NCBI GenBank assembly: GCA_041665445.1
Contig: JBAYIV010000002.1
Span: 5,836-69,835, forward strand
Direction: 5' to 3'
Length of the DNA: 64,000 nt
From: Minisyncoccota bacterium
GTDB taxonomy: Bacteria > Patescibacteriota > Minisyncoccia > UBA6257 > JAGOQP01
The translations under genes and the position numbers were made by a program. This document shows positions 9,233 to 19,070 of this stretch, piece by piece. The notes beneath the pieces were generated by a model that was given only the letters and a program-made list of their open reading frames with translations, had not been told where the DNA came from and did no database searches. How positions within the stretch are numbered: the stretch's first letter is position 1; every line of letters starts with the position of its first letter.

Positions 9233-9268
9233 GCTACACCCTTTCCCCTGACCCCTCTACCCTTCTTC
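9233..9268. repeat. C-rich tract (ACACCCTTTCCCCTGACCCCTCTACCCTTCTTCC) at the 5' flank of the four-helix-bundle gene, partly complementary to the 8778..8850 G-rich tract
   Basis: Seen directly. Confidence 0.4.
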
Positions 9269-12200
9269 CTAATTTCCCACGCAACTATAGGTAATCGTAT
9301 CCGCGTATGATCCGGCCGGCGTCACGCCGTTGATGGCGGCCTTGTGTGTCGTCACCACTTCCCTGCCGGTGAAGCTTGCCGTGGAACTTGCCAGCGATGT
9401 CTGTGAGAGAAGTAATCCGCCGACAGTATTTCCCGTTTGATTGTAGGCACTGGCAAGCGTCAGCGTGGCACCGCTTCCCGCCGAACTGGTTGCCGCCTGA
9501 ATACCATATCCCTCGGTCCCCGCCACCAGTGTTGAGTTTGCCGAGCCGATTAAGTGGCTTACCGCACTCGCCCATAACCCCGCGGACGATCCGCTCCCGG
9601 CATCGCTCACATACAAAGTGCATCCGGCACCATACGTGCACGAAAGAGTCGTGGTGGTATTTGAAGAGGCTGTGGCAACACCAGACAACGTCAGCGTTCC
9701 AAATCCTGTTGTGCTAGGGCTCGTACTGCACGACACCGTGCCACTGGAAGCCATGGTGACCTGCGGATAGTTTTGATATGAGCCAAACAGCGTCCCGCTG
9801 TTCCAGATCATACGCAGACAATATGTCGTTCCCGCAGGAGCACTATTGTCTTTGAGCGAAAAATCCCATTTCCCGTCCTGTCCGATCTGCACCACGCTCT
9901 GCGTATTGGATACCGGATTTGCTTCAACATAGGTCTGATTCATGATGGTGTTTGATCCATCAGTTGGATCATTCGCATTTGCCGTCAGAGCGTTTCCGTT
10001 TACCGGCGTTGCGTTATCATTAAACGCAATCGGTGTTGACGCAGAGACGTCCGTCCAGGTTCCCGTCGGCGCGGCGCATGTTCCCGCCGCTCCCTTGTCT
10101 ACATATTGCAATTTAAATTGCTTATTAAGCGCCAAATCGGCACCGGAAATATTTGCCAACATTCTTGCACGGAATGTCGCTCCCGCTGAACCGAGCGTGA
10201 CAGCGGTATTCTGCGCCGCCAAGGCGGTCCCCACGTCCGTTGAATTGGTGTTGTTAAAAAGCCGGTACACCGCTTGCGCCATTGTTGAGGGCGGGTTGAG
10301 CGCTGAAGTGTCGGCAGAAATAGCGTTGGCAATATCGGTCACCGTTGTCAGATCGGCCGATCCCCATTGCCAAAACGTGAGCGAGGTGCTCGATCCGGAT
10401 GCGATGGTCCCCAATAATTTTGTGAAAACAATATCCGATGATTGAGGCGATGTGCCCGCAGGATACGTCACCGCTACCGGCCATTCGGCCCACGGCGACA
10501 CATTGGTGGTAATCGGCGCATGTTCAAGAAGATATGCCGTTGCGCTTGCCGTCTGCGCCTCGGGAACAATAACGCCCTGCGCACCAAGAGATCCGATATC
10601 ATAGTTCATCCACCACGGAGAAGAGAGCAAGCTTATCGGCGTGCTCGTTTCAGTTGTTTCGTCAGCAACACTCTGTGAGAATCGTCCTCGATCATTGGTC
10701 GCACGATCCGTTCCTAGCCATTGCTCGCGCATCCAGATGAATGGAAGCGAATGAGCACTCGTGTCGTTGTTGGTGAATTGATAGTCATTTTTAATATATC
10801 GTTTTCCCGCATAATAGGTCTGCGTGCGCGCGGCAGAAATACCGTTGTCAAGATATTGTATCCATCCCGTTGAAGGATCAGTGTCGTTGTGAAACACCAT
10901 CGTGATGTGATCATTGGTTGCTTCAGTTATCCAATCCTGCCATTCGCCCGCCCACTTAATGTTGGCACTATAATAGTCCGATGAATCGGGCAAAACAGTC
11001 TCATCCACATGGACCGCGACACGCTCCATACAATCAAGATTCACATCCCCCGTTCCCGATTTATGCCCCGTAAGCTCCGCCTGCTCTCCAGTTGCGTTAA
11101 CATGCGTCCCGTTCCACACCACATCACCGCCGAATATCGTTGTATAGACATATTGATTGGCAACCATGATACCGTTATAAAATTGCCGCTCGCCGATATT
11201 GTAAGTAGCTAAATCATCAACGCGCGTTGCCCATAAATCGGTATCGGCGGTAAACGAGAACGTGAGAATGGTACGCGCTGTTTGCGAGGTTCCCAATGCG
11301 GCAGCCGGCTGTACATACAGCGCATGTTGATCCGAGTCCCACCACCAGGCGTTAGTGGTACTGGCCGCGCTTCCCTGCGACACCGCGGTGCCGCCAATAG
11401 TAACGTTGGTAATGGCAATGGCGCTGCTGGTCGGTATAAAGGGAATAGCCACCGCAGTTCTAGCCACCGCCGTTGACGCATAGATGGAAAAATCGGATAC
11501 CGTAACATTCCAATGATCGGTACTCCACGTCGCCCCATAGTCGGTGCTGTTACCCATTGACCCGGTACTAATTGCATTCCATCGGCGCGTGATAAAAGTG
11601 GAAAAGCTCCCGCTATCGGTGTAGTCCACCGAACTAAAATCAGAATTGTTATCCAACTGAAGAGTAACAGCAAATGACCCGGTTGTCGGATCGGCGCACC
11701 CGTTGCAGTAGTTTGACCCTGGATAAATCGTTCCCTCAAAACGATCACTCGTGCTATTCCATGCCATCGGAACATAAAACGTTTGCCCAGCAGGCGTATC
11801 AACTTTTGCTCGCGCATAAGGATACGTGCCGTTATTCAATCCGCCAACCAGCGTCAATGTTACTGGAATCGCCCCCGACCAACCATCCGAAGATTTTCCC
11901 ACTGAACCCGAGACGCCGGGAGGCATTGGGGCAATCATGTCGCCGAAAAGATCGTCGGGCGTTATCGCATACCACGTGGCATACATTTTAACAATCCCCG
12001 ATGAATCAGAAAGACTAAGGTTCCCGCCATAAATATCATCACTAGTTGAGTAAAGCGGTCCAAATTCGCCACTCCACACGGACCCATTATTGGTTGACAT
12101 CTTGTAATAGACGTTTCCCGTACTGGCGGTACCCGCGGTAGCTTGGGCAGTATAAAGAACGTACAAATCGCCATTGGAATTATCTCGGGCAATTTTTACC

Positions 12201-13231
12201 CCCGTAATCCCGCACTCGCTGCCGCCCGCACACACACTGTTAGTGACCACGTCAGACAGATTGCTCCACGAACCATTAAATTTTTTCACCATGACGTCAT
12301 CGTCAGTTCCTAACGTTGCCGCAGAATTTGCATACGCCAAATACACATCGCCCGTTGTTGGATCAACAGTCGCGCCCCAGGATGCATCATAGGTTGTATT
12401 ATCAAGCGCCGTAGCGACATTGCCAAAACCAGACCAGCTAGAACCATTCCAAGTGGCATACTTAATATCGTTAGTTGTTACGGAAATATCCCACCACAAA
12501 AAAAGTATTTGTCCCGAAAGACGCGGGACTAAAAGCTGAAAGTCGTTACCCGCAGTCCATGAAGCTGGTTCAGAAACAGCCCAGTTGGTTGCTACGGTAC
12601 ACGTCGTCGTGCAACGAACCATCATATTATCAGTTGCATCAGAAACGGCTGCATACAATGCGCCATCCGTCCCCTTAGTGAAAGTAACGTGGTTGGTGCC
12701 GGCCCCCAAAGAACCCGCATACCCCAAGCCTGAAGTAATATTTACTGGTCCAGTCGAAAGAGTGCCATTAGAAGTATCAAGATAGCGATAAAAGATATCA
12801 TCGTTGGTAGTATCGATCATGGCGACGTGAATCAAATTCCCCGTGGTGTCCCCAGGCGTCCACCGGTCATACCACACCGCAACCTGAATACAGGTGGTGC
12901 CCGAGACATTAACCGCAACCCCCCACGTTGATCCGCCGTTAATCGTTTTGCTATAAGCACAGTAGCCCGTTGAATCTACATAAAACGAGTAGCCGACGCT
13001 CGTTGACGTAAAAACCGTTGTCGGACTGCCGCCCAAATGCGTTGTCGCAGTAGTGCTCACCGCGCTATCAATGGTTGCTTGTGCGGCGCGAGCTGGTTCA
13101 GTGCGAAACAAAAAAAACAGGTCGTGCTGCATCTGCGGCCATCCGGAAAATATCCACCCAACCATAAGAACAAAAACAACAACAACACCGTAGATGATTT
13201 TTGTTCCTCTGCGCATAAATTTATCGAACAA
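9269..13231 (-). CDS. giant (~1320 aa) cell-surface protein with BNR/Asp-box repeats (sialidase-like beta-propeller) and C-terminal SCPU-like domain
   Basis: N-terminal signal anchor; BNR-like repeats (SKTINGGSTWG, STNNGSVWSG, ATWNGSSWSG); C-terminal ~170 aa homologous to 8009..8599 (SCSTSPSTTGFGTLT...YGAGCTL...SYADTITYSCVGN). Confidence 0.8.
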   Translation of the reverse strand: MFDKFMRRGTKIIYGVVVVFVLMVGWIFSGWPQMQHDLFFLFRTEPARAAQATIDSAVSTTATTHLGGSPTTVFTSTSVGYSFYVDSTGYCAYSKTINGGSTWGVAVNVSGTTCIQVAVWYDRWTPGDTTGNLIHVAMIDTTNDDIFYRYLDTSNGTLSTGPVNITSGLGYAGSLGAGTNHVTFTKGTDGALYAAVSDATDNMMVRCTTTCTVATNWAVSEPASWTAGNDFQLLVPRLSGQILFLWWDISVTTNDIKYATWNGSSWSGFGNVATALDNTTYDASWGATVDPTTGDVYLAYANSAATLGTDDDVMVKKFNGSWSNLSDVVTNSVCAGGSECGITGVKIARDNSNGDLYVLYTAQATAGTASTGNVYYKMSTNNGSVWSGEFGPLYSTSDDIYGGNLSLSDSSGIVKMYATWYAITPDDLFGDMIAPMPPGVSGSVGKSSDGWSGAIPVTLTLVGGLNNGTYPYARAKVDTPAGQTFYVPMAWNSTSDRFEGTIYPGSNYCNGCADPTTGSFAVTLQLDNNSDFSSVDYTDSGSFSTFITRRWNAISTGSMGNSTDYGATWSTDHWNVTVSDFSIYASTAVARTAVAIPFIPTSSAIAITNVTIGGTAVSQGSAASTTNAWWWDSDQHALYVQPAAALGTSQTARTILTFSFTADTDLWATRVDDLATYNIGERQFYNGIMVANQYVYTTIFGGDVVWNGTHVNATGEQAELTGHKSGTGDVNLDCMERVAVHVDETVLPDSSDYYSANIKWAGEWQDWITEATNDHITMVFHNDTDPSTGWIQYLDNGISAARTQTYYAGKRYIKNDYQFTNNDTSAHSLPFIWMREQWLGTDRATNDRGRFSQSVADETTETSTPISLLSSPWWMNYDIGSLGAQGVIVPEAQTASATAYLLEHAPITTNVSPWAEWPVAVTYPAGTSPQSSDIVFTKLLGTIASGSSTSLTFWQWGSADLTTVTDIANAISADTSALNPPSTMAQAVYRLFNNTNSTDVGTALAAQNTAVTLGSAGATFRARMLANISGADLALNKQFKLQYVDKGAAGTCAAPTGTWTDVSASTPIAFNDNATPVNGNALTANANDPTDGSNTIMNQTYVEANPVSNTQSVVQIGQDGKWDFSLKDNSAPAGTTYCLRMIWNSGTLFGSYQNYPQVTMASSGTVSCSTSPSTTGFGTLTLSGVATASSNTTTTLSCTYGAGCTLYVSDAGSGSSAGLWASAVSHLIGSANSTLVAGTEGYGIQAATSSAGSGATLTLASAYNQTGNTVGGLLLSQTSLASSTASFTGREVVTTHKAAINGVTPAGSYADTITYSCVGN

Positions 13232-14990
13232 TTAAATTAACCTGGCACAACCCCGTTGAAACATTTTTATCCGCATCCTTTGACCCGTAGAGCACTACCA
13301 GCGTATATGATCCGGGGGTCGTACTTGCTGTCGTTTTGATAATCAGCATTGTCTGTCCGATAACTGTCGCCATACTCGAAGGTGCGTCAAGCGTTGCAGT
13401 CGCGGTAGTGCTATCCGTCGCCGTGCTTATTGAATCCGAAGAACTACTCGCCGCCACCGTATCCGTCGCCGTGCTTGTTGAGGTATCCGCCGTACTGCTC
13501 GCTGCGGTTGTTGACGCCCCGCCGCCAAGAGAATTGCCGGTAATATCATTAGCGCTAACCGGCATGAAGATAGGCTCCATGTCCTGCGGATAATCACCCA
13601 ATTTTGCAACAAATTGAGTCCCCTCGTTTGGAATAGTAATCGCATATGCAGCCTGTTCTCCGGGCATAATTTTTTGAGAGAACGGCGTAGCAATGCACGG
13701 CGTCCCCTGTCCAGCGGTATTAAATGCCGTGTCGGCTATTTCGTCGGGAGAAAACGCAACTTGGTCGGAGGAAAATGAAATGCGCGAACGATGCCCATCA
13801 ACTTTCTTTTCGTCTTGATAAGAAACCGCAAGCGTCATTCCGTCTAAATAAACCGCCTGATTGTCAGTAAGCGACGAAACGTCTACGGGAACAATGGCAA
13901 TCTGCAAATGTGACAAATCAACATGCGATGGGAGCGGAATAGGAAATGATGCGCCAAAATCGGCTTGCGTTACGCGTCCGGCAACATCCCACACCGATCC
14001 ATCAAACGAATAACGGACTTCAAATAAACTTGGCAATGGTTGAGCCGGTGTTGTTGTTTCGCTTGATGACGCAGATATCGACGGCGACGAACTGCTGCTG
14101 GGCACCGAATCAGACGACGTACTCGCTGACGCATCGGTCAACACATCAGATGAACTGGCGACCGTATCTGATGCCGTGCTACTTGCCACATCGGTTGACG
14201 TAACAACCGATTGATCGGTGGGCACAGAAGACGAAGCATCCGGAACGGGGGCTGGTGCGGGTGTTGTATCGGGCGCAGGCGACGCGGTGACGTCGGGAGG
14301 AGGCGTTGCGGTATCTGGAATTGTGGCGGGTGCTGGCGGAGGAACAATTTCCGGTGGTGGCGTTGTCCCTTCTTGCGCTCGCGCACCGGGCGCAAGAAGG
14401 GAATCACTAATTGCATGCCACAACAAAGAAATCGACGACGCTTTGGGGGTGAGTAATGCGGCGGGAGCGGGTGGGGTTGATGTTTCTGTTGGCACGGGTG
14501 CGGTGTCGGTGTTGGTCGGCGTTGACGTCGATGCGTCCGAAGAGGTGCTTGAGGCATCTGTTGACGAAGGCACAGTTTGATTTTCAATAGAGGACGAGGC
14601 GGTATCAGTCGCCGTACCTTGCGCCGGCGCAGGCATATCGGGGTTAAGCTGATCCTTCCCCGCGATGGTCCACGACAACGAAAGCTGTGCCGATACGGCA
14701 GTAGAAGATGCCCGCTGATCCGCTTCATTAAACCCACTGCAAAAAATCTGTTTATCGCCCGCACCCGCGCCCCCCAAAAGAACCGCCGAGTTTACGCCAT
14801 TGAAAGACAAGCTTGAGGCATCAGACGAAAGGTCGGGTTTTCCTGCCGCGTTTGAAACATTGAGCCACGATCCAAGACATGAGCTCGGATATTGCAACGC
14901 GACATCGGCGTGTCCCCAGAACGAATACCCCACAACAGAAACCAGCACCATGCCACAAAGCGACGCAAGACCAATGCGCCAAGCCATCAT
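13221..14990 (-). CDS. Ser/Thr/Pro/Ala-rich low-complexity secreted or surface protein
   Basis: Signal anchor MMAWRIGLASLCGMVLVSVVG; long STP-rich tracts flank a globular segment; the many ORFs in other frames here are compositional artefacts. Confidence 0.55.
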   Translation of the reverse strand: MMAWRIGLASLCGMVLVSVVGYSFWGHADVALQYPSSCLGSWLNVSNAAGKPDLSSDASSLSFNGVNSAVLLGGAGAGDKQIFCSGFNEADQRASSTAVSAQLSLSWTIAGKDQLNPDMPAPAQGTATDTASSSIENQTVPSSTDASSTSSDASTSTPTNTDTAPVPTETSTPPAPAALLTPKASSISLLWHAISDSLLAPGARAQEGTTPPPEIVPPPAPATIPDTATPPPDVTASPAPDTTPAPAPVPDASSSVPTDQSVVTSTDVASSTASDTVASSSDVLTDASASTSSDSVPSSSSSPSISASSSETTTPAQPLPSLFEVRYSFDGSVWDVAGRVTQADFGASFPIPLPSHVDLSHLQIAIVPVDVSSLTDNQAVYLDGMTLAVSYQDEKKVDGHRSRISFSSDQVAFSPDEIADTAFNTAGQGTPCIATPFSQKIMPGEQAAYAITIPNEGTQFVAKLGDYPQDMEPIFMPVSANDITGNSLGGGASTTAASSTADTSTSTATDTVAASSSSDSISTATDSTTATATLDAPSSMATVIGQTMLIIKTTASTTPGSYTLVVLYGSKDADKNVSTGLCQVNLIVR

Positions 14991-15182
14991 CAACTGACGC
15001 TCACGCTTCAAATTGACCGTGTGCGTGATGCGCCGAGTAAAAAATATTTTATTTTTCTTGCTAAAAAACATTGCTGAGCGTTTCGTCTTTTTCTCTAAAT
15101 TCCTCTGTGCTCACTATATCAAATATTTCAAAGAAGAAAAAGTCCAAGTCGCCTCAAAATTGGCGCAAACACGCTCGATCGA

Positions 15183-17282
15183 TTAATTTTCTTCGTCGCC
15201 CCCAAAAATTTGATTAACACCCGCTCTTACCATGAGGCGATCCCACCAACTTGGAGATGTGACGGAAACATAAACCGTCGCGTCGGCGCGGTTGCCGGCA
15301 TTATCAATGGCGCGAACGGTAATCGCATGTTGTCCGGCATCGACAAAGGGAATGAATAATGGAGATGCGGCCGGCAAAAATGTCGGCTGATTATCAATGG
15401 CAATATAGAAATTTTTTTGAAGGCCGCTCGTCTCATCCTCACTGCCAAAAGCAAGCCGCACCACCTCCCCCACCGAAACAGAGGCATCGCTCAACAAAAT
15501 GATCGGCTGACGCGGTGGCGTTGCGTCGATACGTATGGGAAGCGTGGCCGTTGGACCAGCAACGGATCCCGCGACAGCAGCCACATGAAAATACCAATCT
15601 CCATCATTGGGAACAGAAAGGTGAACGGACAGATTGGTCGTTGTAGACACAGCATCATCTTGAGAAAAATCATTCAAAGGATTTTGATCAAGGGCATAAC
15701 GATATACCGCGTCTTTTGGCAGAGCCGCATTCCACGAAAAAGTTACGTCACGCGACGGATACCATTGATTTTCATTTGAATGCGATGGAGAGAAGACAAG
15801 CAATCGCAATGGATCAGCGGGGCCGCCCACGACATAGTTTCCCCCCGAAGCAAATCGAAGCACATTCGTCCCCAAGCCGTCATTGGCAAGAACCTGGGAA
15901 TCGGGAAGAAATGAAAGCGAGGCATCTCCTGCACCGATTGGATGCAAGAGCGCACGCACAACAACCCCGCCCGACCCTTGATACCCGCCAGGAATAACAC
16001 ACGAGAAAAGGACAGTCCCATTTATCTCATCAACGACGGAATCAAGCACGACACCATTTTCGCAAAGTGTCCCGGCTACATCTAGTTTCTCAATTGACAC
16101 CACGCGCTGATCAAATTTTAAATGCGCACGGATTGCATTGATGGACTCTCCGCCCGAGACGAGCTGTACCGATACAAATTTCTCAAAGGCGCCGCTGAAA
16201 ATGGACGCGGGCGGATATATGTTCAAAATCGAGTTGTACATTACCTCCCTCTCTCCGTTAATAATCGGTGCTTTGTATTGAAAAGCAAGAATATTGGCGT
16301 GAAAAGATATGAAAAAAACTATTACAGCACCAACCCCCAACAAAGCACCGTCGATCACCTTTGAGAAGAACGATTTTCGATAGGAGAGATGAAAGAACAA
16401 CAAGAGCCAAACAATGGTTACGAGCAATGCCGAGAAGGAAACCGCATGACTGACATAGTTATACGGGACCAAAATAAACGCTCCCCCGCTACTGTTTTCT
16501 GTCCCGTTAAAAGAAACCCGCCGCCCGATGTACTGCGCATTGCCGATAGTAATCGGCACCACGGCATCTTTCATATCGCCGCGAAGTAAATCTGAGTTGA
16601 TGTTAAAAAGTTTTGTCGCTTGCGCACGATCAGCGGCACTATCAAACGAACTTCCCATAACACCAAATTGGTTTGAGTAGACAACTAGTTGCACCCCGTT
16701 TTTCCCAAGATATTTATCCTTGATATCGCGAACATAATCATCATCAAACCATCGCCCCGCAATAACGCCAGCCAGAGTAGCGCCGGAGTCATCTTTAATG
16801 AGATGCCCGCTGTTAATAATCAACGGATATACTGATCCGGTTTCAACCGACGCAAAATCGTGCCCCTGTGCCATTGTTCGTCCATATGATGTCGTTTCAT
16901 AAATATAGTCGCCCCACTCCTGCAATGCATGCGTACGCGCTACCACCACCCCCCTGTCGTCGACAAAAACAACGCCGGCCGCCACAGTATTCTTTTGATC
17001 CGCCTCTATGATAGGAAGGATAACATCGGCATCGATGGTGGTGGCCAATTTGCGGGCAACGAGATCATTAGCAATAGATTGTGCCGCATGCGCCATTGCC
17101 AATTCTTCCTGCGCGATGCCCGACTCCAACACATACGCAAACCGCGTCATGCGCATGCGCTCAACATATCGATTGATTGTCCCGGTCAATGCCGCAATGG
17201 CCGGAATGGCCACCAACGACATCAACGACACCGCCATAACCCAGCGGATTCTTTTGAGGTGAAAAATTTCTTTAATTGTCAT
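15183..17282 (-). CDS. membrane-anchored surface protein: N-terminal TM plus extracytoplasmic sensor-like domain, second TM, then cohesin-like and Ig-like modules (third cohesin paralog)
   Basis: TMs at ~aa 15-35 and ~280-330; cohesin-like block ...INAIRAHLKFD...VLANDGLGTNVL; Ig-like motifs (DGDWYFHV, IRIDATPP) matching 2878..4626. Confidence 0.7.
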   Translation of the reverse strand: MTIKEIFHLKRIRWVMAVSLMSLVAIPAIAALTGTINRYVERMRMTRFAYVLESGIAQEELAMAHAAQSIANDLVARKLATTIDADVILPIIEADQKNTVAAGVVFVDDRGVVVARTHALQEWGDYIYETTSYGRTMAQGHDFASVETGSVYPLIINSGHLIKDDSGATLAGVIAGRWFDDDYVRDIKDKYLGKNGVQLVVYSNQFGVMGSSFDSAADRAQATKLFNINSDLLRGDMKDAVVPITIGNAQYIGRRVSFNGTENSSGGAFILVPYNYVSHAVSFSALLVTIVWLLLFFHLSYRKSFFSKVIDGALLGVGAVIVFFISFHANILAFQYKAPIINGEREVMYNSILNIYPPASIFSGAFEKFVSVQLVSGGESINAIRAHLKFDQRVVSIEKLDVAGTLCENGVVLDSVVDEINGTVLFSCVIPGGYQGSGGVVVRALLHPIGAGDASLSFLPDSQVLANDGLGTNVLRFASGGNYVVGGPADPLRLLVFSPSHSNENQWYPSRDVTFSWNAALPKDAVYRYALDQNPLNDFSQDDAVSTTTNLSVHLSVPNDGDWYFHVAAVAGSVAGPTATLPIRIDATPPRQPIILLSDASVSVGEVVRLAFGSEDETSGLQKNFYIAIDNQPTFLPAASPLFIPFVDAGQHAITVRAIDNAGNRADATVYVSVTSPSWWDRLMVRAGVNQIFGGDEEN

Positions 17283-17526
17283 TGAATGCGGTCAAAATAA
17301 AAAATGCGCTTACTCTACCCATCAACACGCCAACGGGCATACGCGCATCAATTGCGGTGAGTGGGTACGCCTTGAGCTCCCCACCGATGCAGGCGTCCAT
17401 CATACGCACCGGCGGATCATTGCTTCACCAAAATACTTAATTTATTTTTCTCTCTGTCTGTGTGATAGTATACCATACAGATACGTCACCAATGGCGCAC
17501 TGGTGGATAACTCTCTCAAAAATAAA

Positions 17527-17592
17527 ACGCCTATCGGCGCTTGTTTCTTCCATGCGCAACGTAATAAAAACAACGCATATTTATAGGCGTTA
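17527..17592 (-). terminator. possible stem-loop terminator downstream of nth (AACGCCTAT...ATAGGCGTT, 9-bp arms, long loop, then U-rich run)
   Basis: Seen directly; large loop, weak. Confidence 0.25.
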
Positions 17593-17647
17593 CTGATATT
17601 CGGCCTCATTCTTCTAGAATACAGAATAGCGCATAAGCGAAAAACGG

Positions 17648-18364
17648 TCAGCCCACAGTCCTCTCGCCCGAACTCAATCGTGCCGATGGTGAAAACCAGA
17701 TATCGGCGGCGCGCGGATATATTTTAGTCAAAGGATGATTGCGACAGTCGTGTTTGCGTGCCGGACAAATGGTGCGCCCATACATCACCAGACGATGATT
17801 CAAATCGGCCCACTCTTTTTTGGGAAAAATCGCCATTAAATCACGCTCAATGACCGTGGGATTGGCCGAATCGGTCAGGCCAAGCTTTATCGCCAATCGC
17901 CGCACATGAGTGTCAACCGCGATCCCTTCGGTAATCCCAAACGCATTGCTCAAAATAATATTTGCCGTTTTTCTGCCAATTCCCGGAAGCGCGACTAATT
18001 CCTCCATCGTGTGCGGTACGGCACCATTATATTTTTGAACGATAATCCGCGCCGTGGCCAAAATATTTTTTGCCTTTGCGTGATAGAGACCGATAGTTTT
18101 AATGGCTGGCTCAAAATCCTTTTGCGGGACACGCGCCATCACTTCAACGTTCGGATATTTTTTAAAAAGCGCGGGTGTTATTTCGTTGACTTTTTTGTCG
18201 GTCGTCTGTGCCGATAAAATGACCGCCACCGCTAGTTCCCATGGCGTGGAAAAATTCAACGCCACGCGAGCGATCGGAAAAAGTTTTTTTAATACCCGCA
18301 CGATTTCGTGTGCCCGTGCCCGCCGGAGCATTAAAACATTTTCTGGGATTGTCATGGAACGCAA
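17648..18364 (-). CDS. nth: endonuclease III (DNA glycosylase/AP lyase)
   Basis: HhH-GPD motif LVALPGIGRKTANIIL, 4Fe-4S Cys cluster near C-terminus, N-terminal similarity to Nth; possible alternative start at Met12. Confidence 0.85.
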   Translation of the reverse strand: MRSMTIPENVLMLRRARAHEIVRVLKKLFPIARVALNFSTPWELAVAVILSAQTTDKKVNEITPALFKKYPNVEVMARVPQKDFEPAIKTIGLYHAKAKNILATARIIVQKYNGAVPHTMEELVALPGIGRKTANIILSNAFGITEGIAVDTHVRRLAIKLGLTDSANPTVIERDLMAIFPKKEWADLNHRLVMYGRTICPARKHDCRNHPLTKIYPRAADIWFSPSARLSSGERTVG

Positions 18365-18373
18365 CGCCGTAAG

Positions 18374-18952
18374 TTATTTTGCCGCTGACACATTGGCTCC
18401 AACAACCTGCATCCGCTCAACCTCGGCACGCTTGGTTAGCTGACCGGCAACCGCTGTTGCCAGATCATAATCCATTAACGGCACCACTTCATCATCGGCT
18501 TCGCTGGAAATTTCTCCGGGTTGTTCAAGATCGGTGGTTGTGGTAATGACCACATGCCCCACGCCGACAATGCGATACAGGAGCGATTGTTTAATAGCAA
18601 TGCTTTGCAAGCGTCGATATGGAATAGCAACCTCTGATTTGCTCACGATGCCCTTGACGATATGCAATGCGGTATCATCAAGCATAACACGCGATGTATT
18701 GTATTTCAGACGCGCCGTTATCACACCAGCAATTTCCAAAATAATCGCGACAATAAACACGCCCCCCATCATCGCGTTAATAAAGCCGGCAATCCCGCTC
18801 ATGAGCGCGCTGGCGACTACAAAGGTTCGTATCACCCCCAACACGAGCCCGAGCAATAAAACGCCGACCATGCCCGTGCTATTTTGTAAGACGAAAAAAG
18901 CAAACGTCTTTTGGCCAAGGCTATAATATTGGCCATCCTGTATGGTTATCAT
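18374..18952 (-). CDS. bacterial PH-domain (bPH_2/YdbS-like) membrane protein
   Basis: Two N-terminal TMs then PH-like domain (YYSLGQKTFAFFVLQ...); start set to internal Met (MITIQDG). Confidence 0.5.
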   Translation of the reverse strand: MITIQDGQYYSLGQKTFAFFVLQNSTGMVGVLLLGLVLGVIRTFVVASALMSGIAGFINAMMGGVFIVAIILEIAGVITARLKYNTSRVMLDDTALHIVKGIVSKSEVAIPYRRLQSIAIKQSLLYRIVGVGHVVITTTTDLEQPGEISSEADDEVVPLMDYDLATAVAGQLTKRAEVERMQVVGANVSAAK

Positions 18953-19070
18953 AGAATATTTAATTACGATGCATCTAGAGTATAGCGTGCTTCTCAACAA
19001 AGAAAAAGCGGGTCATGTAAACCCGCTTATCCAAACACGTTGACCGTAAGCATCCCCGCGACACAAGACA

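Noticed and set aside
13336-14816. Many overlapping ORFs on both strands (e.g. 14138..14764, 14218..14580, 14211..14456)
   Set aside because: They lie inside the Ser/Thr/Pro-rich gene, where GC and low-complexity bias generate long open frames in every phase; products are Arg/Gly/Pro runs
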